DNA of 64,000 nt, taken from the NCBI GenBank assembly GCA_016188075.1, contig JACPIO010000025.1, positions 3,579 to 67,578 of the forward strand, written 5' to 3'. This stretch comes from Candidatus Wolfebacteria bacterium. GTDB taxonomy: Bacteria > Patescibacteriota > Minisyncoccia > UBA6257 > UBA9933. The notes beneath the pieces were generated by a model. The model worked only from the letters and a program-made list of their open reading frames with translations, had not been told where the DNA came from and made no database searches. The position numbers and the translations under genes are program-made. Shown here in pieces: positions 36,584 through 45,523 of this stretch. Position 1 is the stretch's first letter, and each line of letters opens with the position of its first letter.

Positions 36584-38293
36584 ATGCATCTAACCAAGGA
36601 AAATCTTAAAAAAATAATTTCCGAATCGGGCTTGGTAAGCGATGAGGATCTGCGGGTTGCCGAAAACGAGTCTTTTCGGTCGGGACAGACCTTAACAGAT
36701 GTTTTAATAGGCCGGGGCGCGCTCTCCGAACAGCTTTTGGTTGAATCTCTTTCGGATTTTTTTAAGGTTCCGATTGTTCAGCTCGAAAAACGTCGTATCG
36801 ATCGGGCCGTTCTGGAGCTCGTTCCCGAATCTTACGCGAAAAGCAAAGAGGTTGTCCTTTTTGAAATTGATGAAAATTTGAGAGAAGGCTCTTTGGCGAT
36901 GGCCGATCCCAATAATTTCGAAGTCATAAATCATCTCTCTTTAATGCTCGACCTCCGCCGGTTCAACGTTTATTTGACTACGGCATCCAGTCTTAAATTC
37001 GCCCTGAAATTTTACAAGCAGGAAATCAGCGAAGAATTTTCCAAAATCATTGAAGAGAATATTCAGGCTACGAGGGGTTTCGGCGGCACGGCGAGCGTCG
37101 GTAAATTAGCGGAATCGATTCCGATTATCAAAATTTTAGACAGCGTGATCGAGCATGCTGCCTCGCTGGGCGCCTCGGACATCCACTTTGAACCTTTCGA
37201 AGACAAACTTCTCGTGCGGTATCGTCTGGACGGCATTCTCGAGGAAATACTTTCTCTTTCCAAAGAGATAGCTCCGATACTGGTTGCCCGCATCAAAGTA
37301 ATCGCCAATCTTCAAATTGACGTTCATAACGCGCCGCAGGACGGCAGATTTCGTCACTCGCTGGAGAATCAGTTTATTGATATTCGCGTCTCGGTTGTTC
37401 CGACCTTCCACGGAGAAAAGGCGGAAATGCGGTTGCTCAAGGGATCGCTTCGGCCTCTTTCTTTGTCGGAGCTGGGATTATCCCACTCTGATTTGGAGAA
37501 ATTGACCCAAGCCATCAAAAAGCCGCATGGCTTAATTTTGGTTACCGGTCCCACTGGTTCCGGAAAAACCACGACTTTGTACGCCATTTTAGAAATTTTA
37601 AACACTCCTCGAGTTAACATTACCACCATTGAAGATCCGGTGGAGTACGAAATTCCTCGAGTGAATCAGATTCAGGTGAACGTGAAAACCGGTCTTACTT
37701 TCGCAAGCGGTCTGCGGACGATTGTCAGGCAAAATCCGGATATCGTGATGATTGGCGAAATCCGCGATCCGGAAAGCGCCGATATCGCCATTAACGCCGC
37801 CCTAACCGGCCACCTTCTGCTCTCGACGCTTCACACCAATGATGCTCCGGGCGCCGTGAGTCGACTCATAGATCTTAATGTCCAGCCGTTCCTTTTAGCC
37901 TCAACTCTCAATATGGTAATTGCCCAACGGCTCGTGAGGAGGCTGTGCAAGATTTGCGTTTCCAGTCGAACTCTTGATCCAAAAGACCAAAATACTTTGG
38001 AAAAGCAAGTGAAAGAACTGGGTTTAAATAGCGAAATTATTCCTAAGATGGTTTATGCCGCCAAGGGCTGTTCAGCATGTAGCTTCGCCGGCTATCAAGG
38101 TCAGGTCGGGATATTTGAAATTTTTAATCTAAGCGATGCCATAAGGGATCTTATAATGGAAAATGCCTCGACTCAAGCAATTAGGAAAAAAGCCCGAGAA
38201 GAAGGGATGCGAACGCTTTTTGAAAACGGAATGGAAAAGGTGACAGCTGGTTTTACTTCGCTAGAGGAAGTACTGCGGGTGGCAAGCGAATAG
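36584..38293 (+). CDS. pilB: type IV pilus assembly ATPase PilB/GspE
   Basis: Walker A GPTGSGKTTT; GspE N-domain; Asp/His boxes; ATG 36584 (track TTG start 36557 lies inside the cassette's right IR). Confidence 0.85.
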   Translation: MHLTKENLKKIISESGLVSDEDLRVAENESFRSGQTLTDVLIGRGALSEQLLVESLSDFFKVPIVQLEKRRIDRAVLELVPESYAKSKEVVLFEIDENLREGSLAMADPNNFEVINHLSLMLDLRRFNVYLTTASSLKFALKFYKQEISEEFSKIIEENIQATRGFGGTASVGKLAESIPIIKILDSVIEHAASLGASDIHFEPFEDKLLVRYRLDGILEEILSLSKEIAPILVARIKVIANLQIDVHNAPQDGRFRHSLENQFIDIRVSVVPTFHGEKAEMRLLKGSLRPLSLSELGLSHSDLEKLTQAIKKPHGLILVTGPTGSGKTTTLYAILEILNTPRVNITTIEDPVEYEIPRVNQIQVNVKTGLTFASGLRTIVRQNPDIVMIGEIRDPESADIAINAALTGHLLLSTLHTNDAPGAVSRLIDLNVQPFLLASTLNMVIAQRLVRRLCKICVSSRTLDPKDQNTLEKQVKELGLNSEIIPKMVYAAKGCSACSFAGYQGQVGIFEIFNLSDAIRDLIMENASTQAIRKKAREEGMRTLFENGMEKVTAGFTSLEEVLRVASE

Positions 38294-38968
38294 TTAGAAG
38301 TCGCTGCCGCTGCCCAAAATAGTGAGCTTGGTTCCTGCTTCGTAGAGAAGGCTATTATTGCCGCCGTCTTTCGCGGCTTTGGCGCCAATCGACAAACTTT
38401 CTAATTTGGAGTTTAGCTCAAATGTGCTGTCGCCTTTATCACAGGCGAAGCGATAAACTAAGGCAGTGCTCGAAACGTTGGCGGCGGTGCTTACTCCGGC
38501 AGTGATGTCATTGGTCGGATCAACCGGCATATCCGAAATGGGCGAGCCGCCAACCAAACTGCCTGATAGGTTGGTTTTAATCCAGCCATTGCCGTCAGTC
38601 AAGGTATAGTTGGCAGCCGTGGCTTGAGAAGAAGTGGTGAAAACGCCGCCGTCTAATATGATGTCGGTAATAGGGACGCTATCTGGGGTGCTATAAAATA
38701 GTCTGTTGCCGCCGGTCCCGTTTCGACAGTAGTTGTTGCTATTGCCGTCGAAAGCGATGGTCGAGGTGGTTTTCGTTACGTAGAGGGCCAAGGCAGTTTT
38801 TAAAGTTGCCAAATCAGCTACTCGTTGGGTGTCCCTCGCCTCTCGCAGGGTCTCGGCCGGATTCAGAACAAAAATAGCCACTGCCGCCAAAACAGAAATA
38901 ATGGCAATGACTATCAAAAGCTCGAGAAGCGTAAACCCTTTCTTTTTTGATTGCGTATTTTCTTGCAT
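38294..38968 (-). CDS. pilA: type IV major pilin (PilA-like)
   Basis: KKGFTLLELLIVIAIISVLAAVAI prepilin leader and methylation site. Confidence 0.8.
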   Translation of the reverse strand: MQENTQSKKKGFTLLELLIVIAIISVLAAVAIFVLNPAETLREARDTQRVADLATLKTALALYVTKTTSTIAFDGNSNNYCRNGTGGNRLFYSTPDSVPITDIILDGGVFTTSSQATAANYTLTDGNGWIKTNLSGSLVGGSPISDMPVDPTNDITAGVSTAANVSSTALVYRFACDKGDSTFELNSKLESLSIGAKAAKDGGNNSLLYEAGTKLTILGSGSDF

Positions 38969-39053
38969 GTTTTTTTATGATAAAACCCGACCTTTAGTAA
39001 TTTAATTATAAACAAACCACCTTTAAGGATAAAGAAAGAATCTGTGGATAACT

Positions 39054-39443
39054 TTACTTTAAATAACCGCTGATTCGTTTGATTAACTCTTCCAATTTAA
39101 CATCTGTTTTCACGAGATAAGCGTCCACTTTCATGGCTTTTATTTTCTCGATATCCATTGCTTGGCCCAGATTGGAAAGGACGATAACCGGTATTTTTTC
39201 CCAATCCCTGGTTTTTCTCAAAGTTTCGAGGATTTCAAAGCCGGAGACGTGGGGAAGCATTAAGTCCAGCAGAACCAAAGATGGTTTGGGCTCGGCGTTA
39301 TCTTTTATAAACTCCAGCGCTTCCTTGCCGTCCAAGAGGGGTTTAATGGTCACTCCTTCTTTTTGGGCTTTAATTTGGAGCGCCCTCGATAAAAGAACAT
39401 CATCTTCTATAAGGAGGATGTATTTTTTATTTGCCGAGCTCAT
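39054..39443 (-). CDS. single-domain CheY-like response regulator (PilG/PilH-like)
   Basis: 129 aa REC domain: ILLIEDD, VLLDLMLP, KP. Confidence 0.75.
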   Translation of the reverse strand: MSSANKKYILLIEDDVLLSRALQIKAQKEGVTIKPLLDGKEALEFIKDNAEPKPSLVLLDLMLPHVSGFEILETLRKTRDWEKIPVIVLSNLGQAMDIEKIKAMKVDAYLVKTDVKLEELIKRISGYLK

Positions 39444-39828
39444 TTTTAATCATTTCCACCAGCTTATTGATACTCGTAGTGGCTTTGAGGATATAAAAGC
39501 TGGCGCCCATATCTTTTACGGTTCGATCGTATTCTTCGCTTAGGTTGGTAAAAACAATGATTTTTTGCTTTTTCCCGCCGGGGTCGCTTTTCACCGCCCG
39601 CAAGAAATCAAAACCGCTCTTCTTGGGCAGGAGTAAATCGAGCAAGACAAGATCGTATTTTGTTTTTTTAATTTTTTCCAGGGCGTCTTCGCCGTTGGGC
39701 GACTGGTCCGCTGGAATATTATTTTGGCGCAATTTAAAGCTGATGGCTTCAAGCGTTCCTCTGTCGTCTTCAACCACCAAAACCTTTTTGTTTTCAGTTT
39801 TTATTAGATGGACAGGCGTTTTTTTCAT
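39427..39828 (-). CDS. single-domain CheY-like response regulator
   Basis: 133 aa REC domain: VLVVEDD, LVLLDLLLP. Confidence 0.75.
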   Translation of the reverse strand: MKKTPVHLIKTENKKVLVVEDDRGTLEAISFKLRQNNIPADQSPNGEDALEKIKKTKYDLVLLDLLLPKKSGFDFLRAVKSDPGGKKQKIIVFTNLSEEYDRTVKDMGASFYILKATTSINKLVEMIKNELGK

Positions 39829-40925
39829 GATTTTTTTGGAATGCTAAAAAAGAACGTCGACCCTTTATTTTCTCGTGATTCAAAATTAATGCGCCCGCCC
39901 CCCAGTTCTACCAGTTTTTTCGCCAAAGACAAGCCCAATCCGTCGCCGTCCGGAGATTTCACGATGGCGTTATCGGCTCGGAAGAATTTTTCGAAAATGC
40001 GATTTTGCTGATGGCTGGGAACTCCGATTCCGTTGTCGGTTACGGAGTAGGTTATTTCCTGGGGTTTAGATTCAATTTTTATTTCAATGCTTCCGCGCTC
40101 GTGGGAATAACGTATCGCATTCGTAAGAAGGTTGGTAATAGTCAGGCGGAGCATCGAGGCGTCAGTCGCTATTTCTTCTTTGGGCGCCGATTTAATCTCT
40201 ATTTTTACTTTTTTCTCGGAGATAGACGGTTCTAATTCATTTAATATGTCGTCAGTAAGTTTTTTCAAGTCCACGATATCATTCTGCATTTTTATCTGAC
40301 CGGCTTCAACGCGGGTGAGGGCTAAAACGAGATCAATGGTATTTATTAATCTAAGAGTCGCTTTGTAAACTTGATTGAGGAATGATTTTTGATCATTATT
40401 CAAAACCCCGGCGTCTCCGGATGAGAGTATTTCCGTATACCATCGGATCGAAGTAAGCGGCGTCCGAAGCTGATGCGCGGCGATTGACAAAAAATGAGAT
40501 TTCGCTTCATCTAAGCTTTTTTCCCGCGTAACATCGCGAAAAACGACCACGGCGCCAATGATTCGACCTTCATCTATAAAAGGAGTGGTCACTGACGCAA
40601 TCGGAAATTTTTTTCCGGATGTCGATTGATAGTAAAAATTATCTTCGAGATTGATTGTGACCGGCTTCTGATCTTGGTACACTTTTAAGAGCGGTCCTTC
40701 GTTTTCCGCCAGGTAGTCGTCTCCGCGGAATATCCGAATAGCGGTTCTTAAATCGCGGCCCAGGACATCGGCCGGGGCCACGCCGAGCAGTTCTCCGGCT
40801 TTGGGGTTCAAAAGCACAATTTTGTAGGATTTATCAACGAGTAAAAGTCCTTCTCCAATCGAAGAAATAATGGCCCCCAGCTGTTCTCGTTTGAGAAAAG
40901 AGTGTTCTTTGTCTGTATTGTCCAT
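39825..40925 (-). CDS. PAS-domain sensor histidine kinase
   Basis: H-box HQLRTPLTSI; HATPase G-boxes DNGIGV and GLGLSLAKKLVELGGG. Confidence 0.8.
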   Translation of the reverse strand: MDNTDKEHSFLKREQLGAIISSIGEGLLLVDKSYKIVLLNPKAGELLGVAPADVLGRDLRTAIRIFRGDDYLAENEGPLLKVYQDQKPVTINLEDNFYYQSTSGKKFPIASVTTPFIDEGRIIGAVVVFRDVTREKSLDEAKSHFLSIAAHQLRTPLTSIRWYTEILSSGDAGVLNNDQKSFLNQVYKATLRLINTIDLVLALTRVEAGQIKMQNDIVDLKKLTDDILNELEPSISEKKVKIEIKSAPKEEIATDASMLRLTITNLLTNAIRYSHERGSIEIKIESKPQEITYSVTDNGIGVPSHQQNRIFEKFFRADNAIVKSPDGDGLGLSLAKKLVELGGGRINFESRENKGSTFFFSIPKKS

Positions 40926-40957
40926 AGAGCGTTTTTCGTGTAGTATTATTTAAAAAG

Positions 40958-41010
40958 ATTCCGCGACTTTCCGCGTTAAGTCCGCGAGATTCCGCGATTA
41001 ATGCGAGAGC
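40958..41010. repeat. TCCGCG-type periodic array in the kinase / pilC intergenic region
   Basis: attccgcgact, ttccgcgttaag, tccgcgagat, tccgcgattaa. Confidence 0.55.
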
Positions 41011-41063
41011 ATTAATATAAGTATAATAGTGATTGGGCGCAAGTACAACTTTTGATTCTTTAA

Positions 41064-42302
41064 ATGGATACTTACCGGTATAAGGCGATAAATAAAGATG
41101 GGAATTCGCTGGAAGGAGAGGTGAGGGGAAATTCCCGAGAATCGGTCCTCGAGGACTTGAAGAAAGATGGTTTTTTGGTCGTTAAGCTGGAGAATAAAAA
41201 CAAGCGGAGTCAGTTTCCTTTTGCGGACAGACTGCGAATGTCGCTCTCTGCGGGGGGCGGAGTCGGCACACTCGACAAAATTCTTCTTGTTCGACATCTT
41301 TCCGTTGCTCTTAAAGCGGGTATCGGACTTCAAAAAGCGATGACTATAGTCTTGGATGACGTAAAAAAACCAGCAATGAAGAAAATGCTCCATGGCGCCA
41401 AAGAGGCGATCGAGAGGGGAGAAGCCCTGTCGTCTTTTTTTGAAAATTATCCTCGTTATTTTTCTCCGGTTTTCATCGGACTCCTTAAAGCCGGGGAGAC
41501 TTCGGGGACTCTCGAGGCCGCTTTGGAGAATCTCTACGATCAGCTTTTTCGCGATTATGATTTGTTAAAAAAGGTAAGGATGGCAATGGCGTACCCGGCG
41601 ATTCTCTTGGTCGGCAGCGCGGGGATTATTGTTCTGATGCTGGTTTTTGTGCTCCCCAGAATCGCCAAGGCTTTCCATGGGTTTGTCAAAGACCTGCCTT
41701 TCTTAACCAGATTTTTTATCGGCGCGAGCGCTTACGTCGGCGCCAGACCCTTTTCCACATTGGCAGTTTTAATTTTGATTATCGGTTTCGCTCTTTACGT
41801 CATTCGTTCTTCGCGAGGCAGGATTTTTATTTACGGAATTCTCCAAAGGCTTCCCGTGTCTTCGGAGTTGATAAAGAAATTGGCTCTGGCGCGATTCTCG
41901 AGAACTTTTAAAAATCTTTTGTCGAGCGGCGTCTCGGCCATAGAGGCCATTCGGATATCTTCTGGAACAGTGGCTAACCCGACCTACAAGCTATCGTTAA
42001 AATCAATCGGGGAGAGACTTGTGAAAGGGGGTGGCTTGGCGGATTCTTTTAGATCGCGTCCGGATCTCTACCCTTCAATGTTTTCCAGTCTTATTTCGAT
42101 TGGCGAAGAAACCGGTACGCTCGAAAAATCGCTTTCCACTCTAAGCGTTTTCTACGACGAAGAGGTGGATCGCCTCCTAAAGAATTTAGTATCGCTCGTG
42201 GAGCCGATTCTGATTTTTATAATGGGTATTGTGGTGGCTTTAATCGCTTTGTCCGTGCTTTTGCCGATCTTCCGGCTTATCCGGACTTTTCAGCAGTTTT
42301 GA
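41064..42302 (+). CDS. pilC: type IV pilus inner-membrane platform protein PilC/GspF
   Basis: 412 aa; duplicated GspF domains; three TM segments. Confidence 0.8.
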   Translation: MDTYRYKAINKDGNSLEGEVRGNSRESVLEDLKKDGFLVVKLENKNKRSQFPFADRLRMSLSAGGGVGTLDKILLVRHLSVALKAGIGLQKAMTIVLDDVKKPAMKKMLHGAKEAIERGEALSSFFENYPRYFSPVFIGLLKAGETSGTLEAALENLYDQLFRDYDLLKKVRMAMAYPAILLVGSAGIIVLMLVFVLPRIAKAFHGFVKDLPFLTRFFIGASAYVGARPFSTLAVLILIIGFALYVIRSSRGRIFIYGILQRLPVSSELIKKLALARFSRTFKNLLSSGVSAIEAIRISSGTVANPTYKLSLKSIGERLVKGGGLADSFRSRPDLYPSMFSSLISIGEETGTLEKSLSTLSVFYDEEVDRLLKNLVSLVEPILIFIMGIVVALIALSVLLPIFRLIRTFQQF

Positions 42303-42308
42303 TTTTTT

Positions 42309-42782
42309 CTAACGGGTGGTTACTCGGCCGTTAGGCGCCACGATAATGGATGAAGTTTGATTTAGATTTAGCGTTTGGAGGGTGATGGTTGTGGTGGTGC
42401 CAGCCGCAAGGTTGCCGGCCCGCTTTATAAATATGGTGTCCGTGGCATTGCCGGCTTGGGGTATCTGGAAAATTACTGATTCCGGAAGGTAGGCGCGGTC
42501 AGTCGTGGTGCCCAGAGAATAACTTGTTCCCCAAAAGACATCGTAAAAAGGGGATGAGCTTTGGCTGTTGTCAAAATGAATTCCCCAACTTGAGCCCTGT
42601 TCTCCGGTCATAGCTTTGTTTTGGGCGGCGCGGAGAGAATCCACGATCTTTATTCTTTCTTCTTCAAGGTCAGTCTGGGTTTTTTGTCCAAAAAGAAAAA
42701 TTGACCCGGCGACAGCCGCGGTTGTCATAATGGCGATGACAAGCAAAATTTCAATCAGCGAATAAGCCTTCGTTGCCTTCAT
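42309..42782 (-). CDS. pseudopilin (prepilin-type N-terminus)
   Basis: KAYSLIEILLVIAIMTTAAVAG. Confidence 0.65.
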   Translation of the reverse strand: MKATKAYSLIEILLVIAIMTTAAVAGSIFLFGQKTQTDLEEERIKIVDSLRAAQNKAMTGEQGSSWGIHFDNSQSSSPFYDVFWGTSYSLGTTTDRAYLPESVIFQIPQAGNATDTIFIKRAGNLAAGTTTTITLQTLNLNQTSSIIVAPNGRVTTR

Positions 42783-42833
42783 TGGGTTTATTGCATTTTA
42801 CCATATAAACTCGTTAAAACGAAAAACCGCCTT

Positions 42834-43622
42834 TTAGGCGGTCTTTCGTTCTGTTTCTGGAAATTCTACTGGAACCAAGGGTTGCGGTTTTACCATCTGC
42901 GTTACTCTTGGGACATTTCGTTTCTTTCTCCTCATTCCGTAGAAAGCCGCGATTGCGAGAATTATTCCGATGCCCACTGCCACTTGCGCCCAGATTCTTT
43001 TTCCTCCAATGGTGGAAGCGGTTTGGGCCAGCTCTTTTGAGTCTTCTTTCACTGCTGGAGTTTCCTCTATTGCTGAACTTTCGGCAACCAACGGATTCTC
43101 GCTTTCTACTTCTGCCATTGCTATTTCTTCTTGGATTGGTGCTATCGGTGCTCGCGAAACACTTGCCGGCGCTTTTGCCAATACGCTGCCCAAAGTATTT
43201 ATTTCAGCTGCCATTTGTGGCAACGAGGCGTTGATCGCAAGCAGCCTGCTTTTCATATTCGAAAGACCGGTAGCCAGAACTTCTTTGTTTTGAGCCAACC
43301 AGACAGGATTTTGAGCGTTTAATTCCGCCTGAAGAAGAGCGAGTTTCAACGTCTTGAGGCTTAGCTCTAACGTGAGCAAATCCTCCACGGTCATGGGAGC
43401 TCGCGGCGCTTCCGGCGCTTGAACTGCTTGAGGCGCGGTCACTTGGGCCTGTTGGGCTTTGAGCTGATTTACAACCTCTTTTAGCTGATTCAGTTTATCC
43501 TGAAGCGCTTGCGCCACTATTGGATCGATGTCAGACTCGGTTTGAGCTTGAACAGAATTTGTTCCCCAGCCGATCAAAACGATTCCCAGAAATACGGCTA
43601 AAATTAAGCTTGCTTTTTTCAT
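42834..43622 (-). CDS. secreted coiled-coil protein with C-terminal membrane anchor
   Basis: signal peptide MKKASLILAVFLGIV...; Gln/Ala-rich coiled coil; C-terminal TM + RRKKR; start taken at ATG 43622. Confidence 0.45.
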   Translation of the reverse strand: MKKASLILAVFLGIVLIGWGTNSVQAQTESDIDPIVAQALQDKLNQLKEVVNQLKAQQAQVTAPQAVQAPEAPRAPMTVEDLLTLELSLKTLKLALLQAELNAQNPVWLAQNKEVLATGLSNMKSRLLAINASLPQMAAEINTLGSVLAKAPASVSRAPIAPIQEEIAMAEVESENPLVAESSAIEETPAVKEDSKELAQTASTIGGKRIWAQVAVGIGIILAIAAFYGMRRKKRNVPRVTQMVKPQPLVPVEFPETERKTA

Positions 43623-43729
43623 TGCAGTTTTAATTAAAAAATTCGAACCTTTAAGCGATGCTATCAAAAACAAAGAGCAAAGCGTTGTCAAACTGCTAAA
43701 GGTAATTATATATTGGAAATAAATTTAAC

Positions 43730-43769
43730 GCAAGCCCCGTCACTCAATTAATTGAGTGACGGGGCTTGC
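43730..43769. repeat. perfect 18-bp-stem palindrome gcaagccccgtcactcaa-ttaa-ttgagtgacggggcttgc (likely terminator)
   Basis: exact inverted repeat; followed at 43817-43834 by the ggtagctttaaagctacc palindrome also seen at 19533. Confidence 0.6.
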
Positions 43770-43912
43770 GAAGCAATCTGCCTCGCGGTTTGCTGCGGGG
43801 CAGTTAATTTTGACATGGTAGCTTTAAAGCTACCGCTGGTCAGGGCGGGGAGGCAGGTGAAGCAGCTGATTTGGGACGAGGCGGTTGGTTTGAACCAACC
43901 GCTAATCGGAAA

Positions 43913-44566
43913 TTAAACCAAGGCAAAATTGATTAACTCACGCAAATAATTCTTAATTGAATCATCCGTGATGTCGAAAGGTTGAATTTTGCTATTTTTA
44001 AAAATTTGTTCTTCAAGCTGTTTTAAATCTCGCGATCGGATTTCAAACCATGTAGAGGCTATTGATTTATCTTTGCGGTCTTTGTATCGCTCTCTGCCTT
44101 CTTTGAGCCTCTCTTCTACTGATAAGATACTAAAAGGCCCGACACGTTGATCCGCGTAGCAGCAAATCTTTTTTTCAAAACTTTTTTCCGAGAGATTCTG
44201 GGTTGTTTTGGAAAATCCAATGGCACTAAGATAGGATATTGTTTTTTTCGAAACTCCTATTTCTTTCGCGATAAGAAGAGTGGCGCGGTGTTCCTCTTTC
44301 CCGTACTTTTTCTCAAATTCTTGTTTGACCGCGTTCCAATATTTTAAACCTTGGGGTTCAAGAAATTGCGGGAAATAATTAAGATCAAACTTGATAATAT
44401 TGCCCATATCGTGAATAAGGCAGGCTGACACGACCTCGGCTATATTTAATTTCTCTTCCCGTGATTTACAAATTTGTTGAGCTACGGCGGCAACCTTCAT
44501 TTGGTGCTCCCGCAAGCTAAGCATTATTTTATAGTGTTCGTATATCTCTAAGCTTTTTTTGGTCAT
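43913..44566 (-). CDS. HD-domain phosphohydrolase
   Basis: H...HD motif LIHDMGNI. Confidence 0.6.
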   Translation of the reverse strand: MTKKSLEIYEHYKIMLSLREHQMKVAAVAQQICKSREEKLNIAEVVSACLIHDMGNIIKFDLNYFPQFLEPQGLKYWNAVKQEFEKKYGKEEHRATLLIAKEIGVSKKTISYLSAIGFSKTTQNLSEKSFEKKICCYADQRVGPFSILSVEERLKEGRERYKDRKDKSIASTWFEIRSRDLKQLEEQIFKNSKIQPFDITDDSIKNYLRELINFALV

Positions 44567-44664
44567 GTATTTTTACTAAAGTCATTCTCACGGCCGTGAG
44601 TATTACTTTAGTGTTGCTGGTGCAGTTAACTGCACCGCTTCGGATTTAAGATTGACCGGAGACC

Positions 44665-45276
44665 TTATTTAGTGTTTATGTCCAATCGATTAAATTCCTC
44701 AATCAAAGATTCTGGCGACTGAAACCTAATTGTCTGCATACCCAGTCGTGAAGCGGAAGCTAAATTTTTTGGAGAATCATCCACGAACAAACATTCTTCC
44801 GGTTTAGATTTTAATTTCTCCAGTATGAGTTCATAGGCCTTCTTGTCTGGTTTGCATACGGCAACCTCGAAAGAATACAGGACTGAATCGAATAATTTAT
44901 GGTAATCAAACTCTCTTTCACAATGATCAATCCATTCTTTCGCATGAACCGAAAGCAGGCCGAGTTGATACCCATTCTTCTTTAGTTTCTCGATGATTTT
45001 ACGAACGCCTTTAATTTCCCTGAAATTGCTGCGGACAATTTCTTTGAGCTCGTTAATATTTATATTCCACCGGTATTTCCGCACTGCTGCCTTCCAGTAG
45101 TCCTCCTCGGCAATTTTTCCTTCAAAGAGACTTTGCATCTCAGGAATTTCTAAGTCGAGAGCTTCAACGTTTATGCCGAGCTTTTTTGATAATATCTCAT
45201 GAGTTCCCAACAGTCCGCGTAGATATACTTCAGATAAATCAAAAATAATTGTCTTTATCATAGAAAGTTTAGTCAC
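44665..45276 (-). CDS. HAD-superfamily hydrolase
   Basis: motif I IIFDLSEV; motif IV LFVDDSPKNLASA. Confidence 0.6.
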   Translation of the reverse strand: MTKLSMIKTIIFDLSEVYLRGLLGTHEILSKKLGINVEALDLEIPEMQSLFEGKIAEEDYWKAAVRKYRWNININELKEIVRSNFREIKGVRKIIEKLKKNGYQLGLLSVHAKEWIDHCEREFDYHKLFDSVLYSFEVAVCKPDKKAYELILEKLKSKPEECLFVDDSPKNLASASRLGMQTIRFQSPESLIEEFNRLDINTK

Positions 45277-45523
45277 AATTTTTTAGACACGTTGCCCCGC
45301 TTGCCCTGAACGTAGTTGAAGGGTTTCGATCAGAGTTATTTTTCGGTCATCAGCGGCGTTTTATATTCGTATGAACGTTTGTCAACTTCGATCGGGTCAT
45401 AAACGCGAATTCCTTCTGGAGAGTAAAAAATGTATTCCTTTAAATGTATTATAATTTATCGTAGTCTTTCGTGGTACTGCGTTGACTGGTGTCGCCGGAG
45501 AAGATTATCGGCGATGTTCTTGG

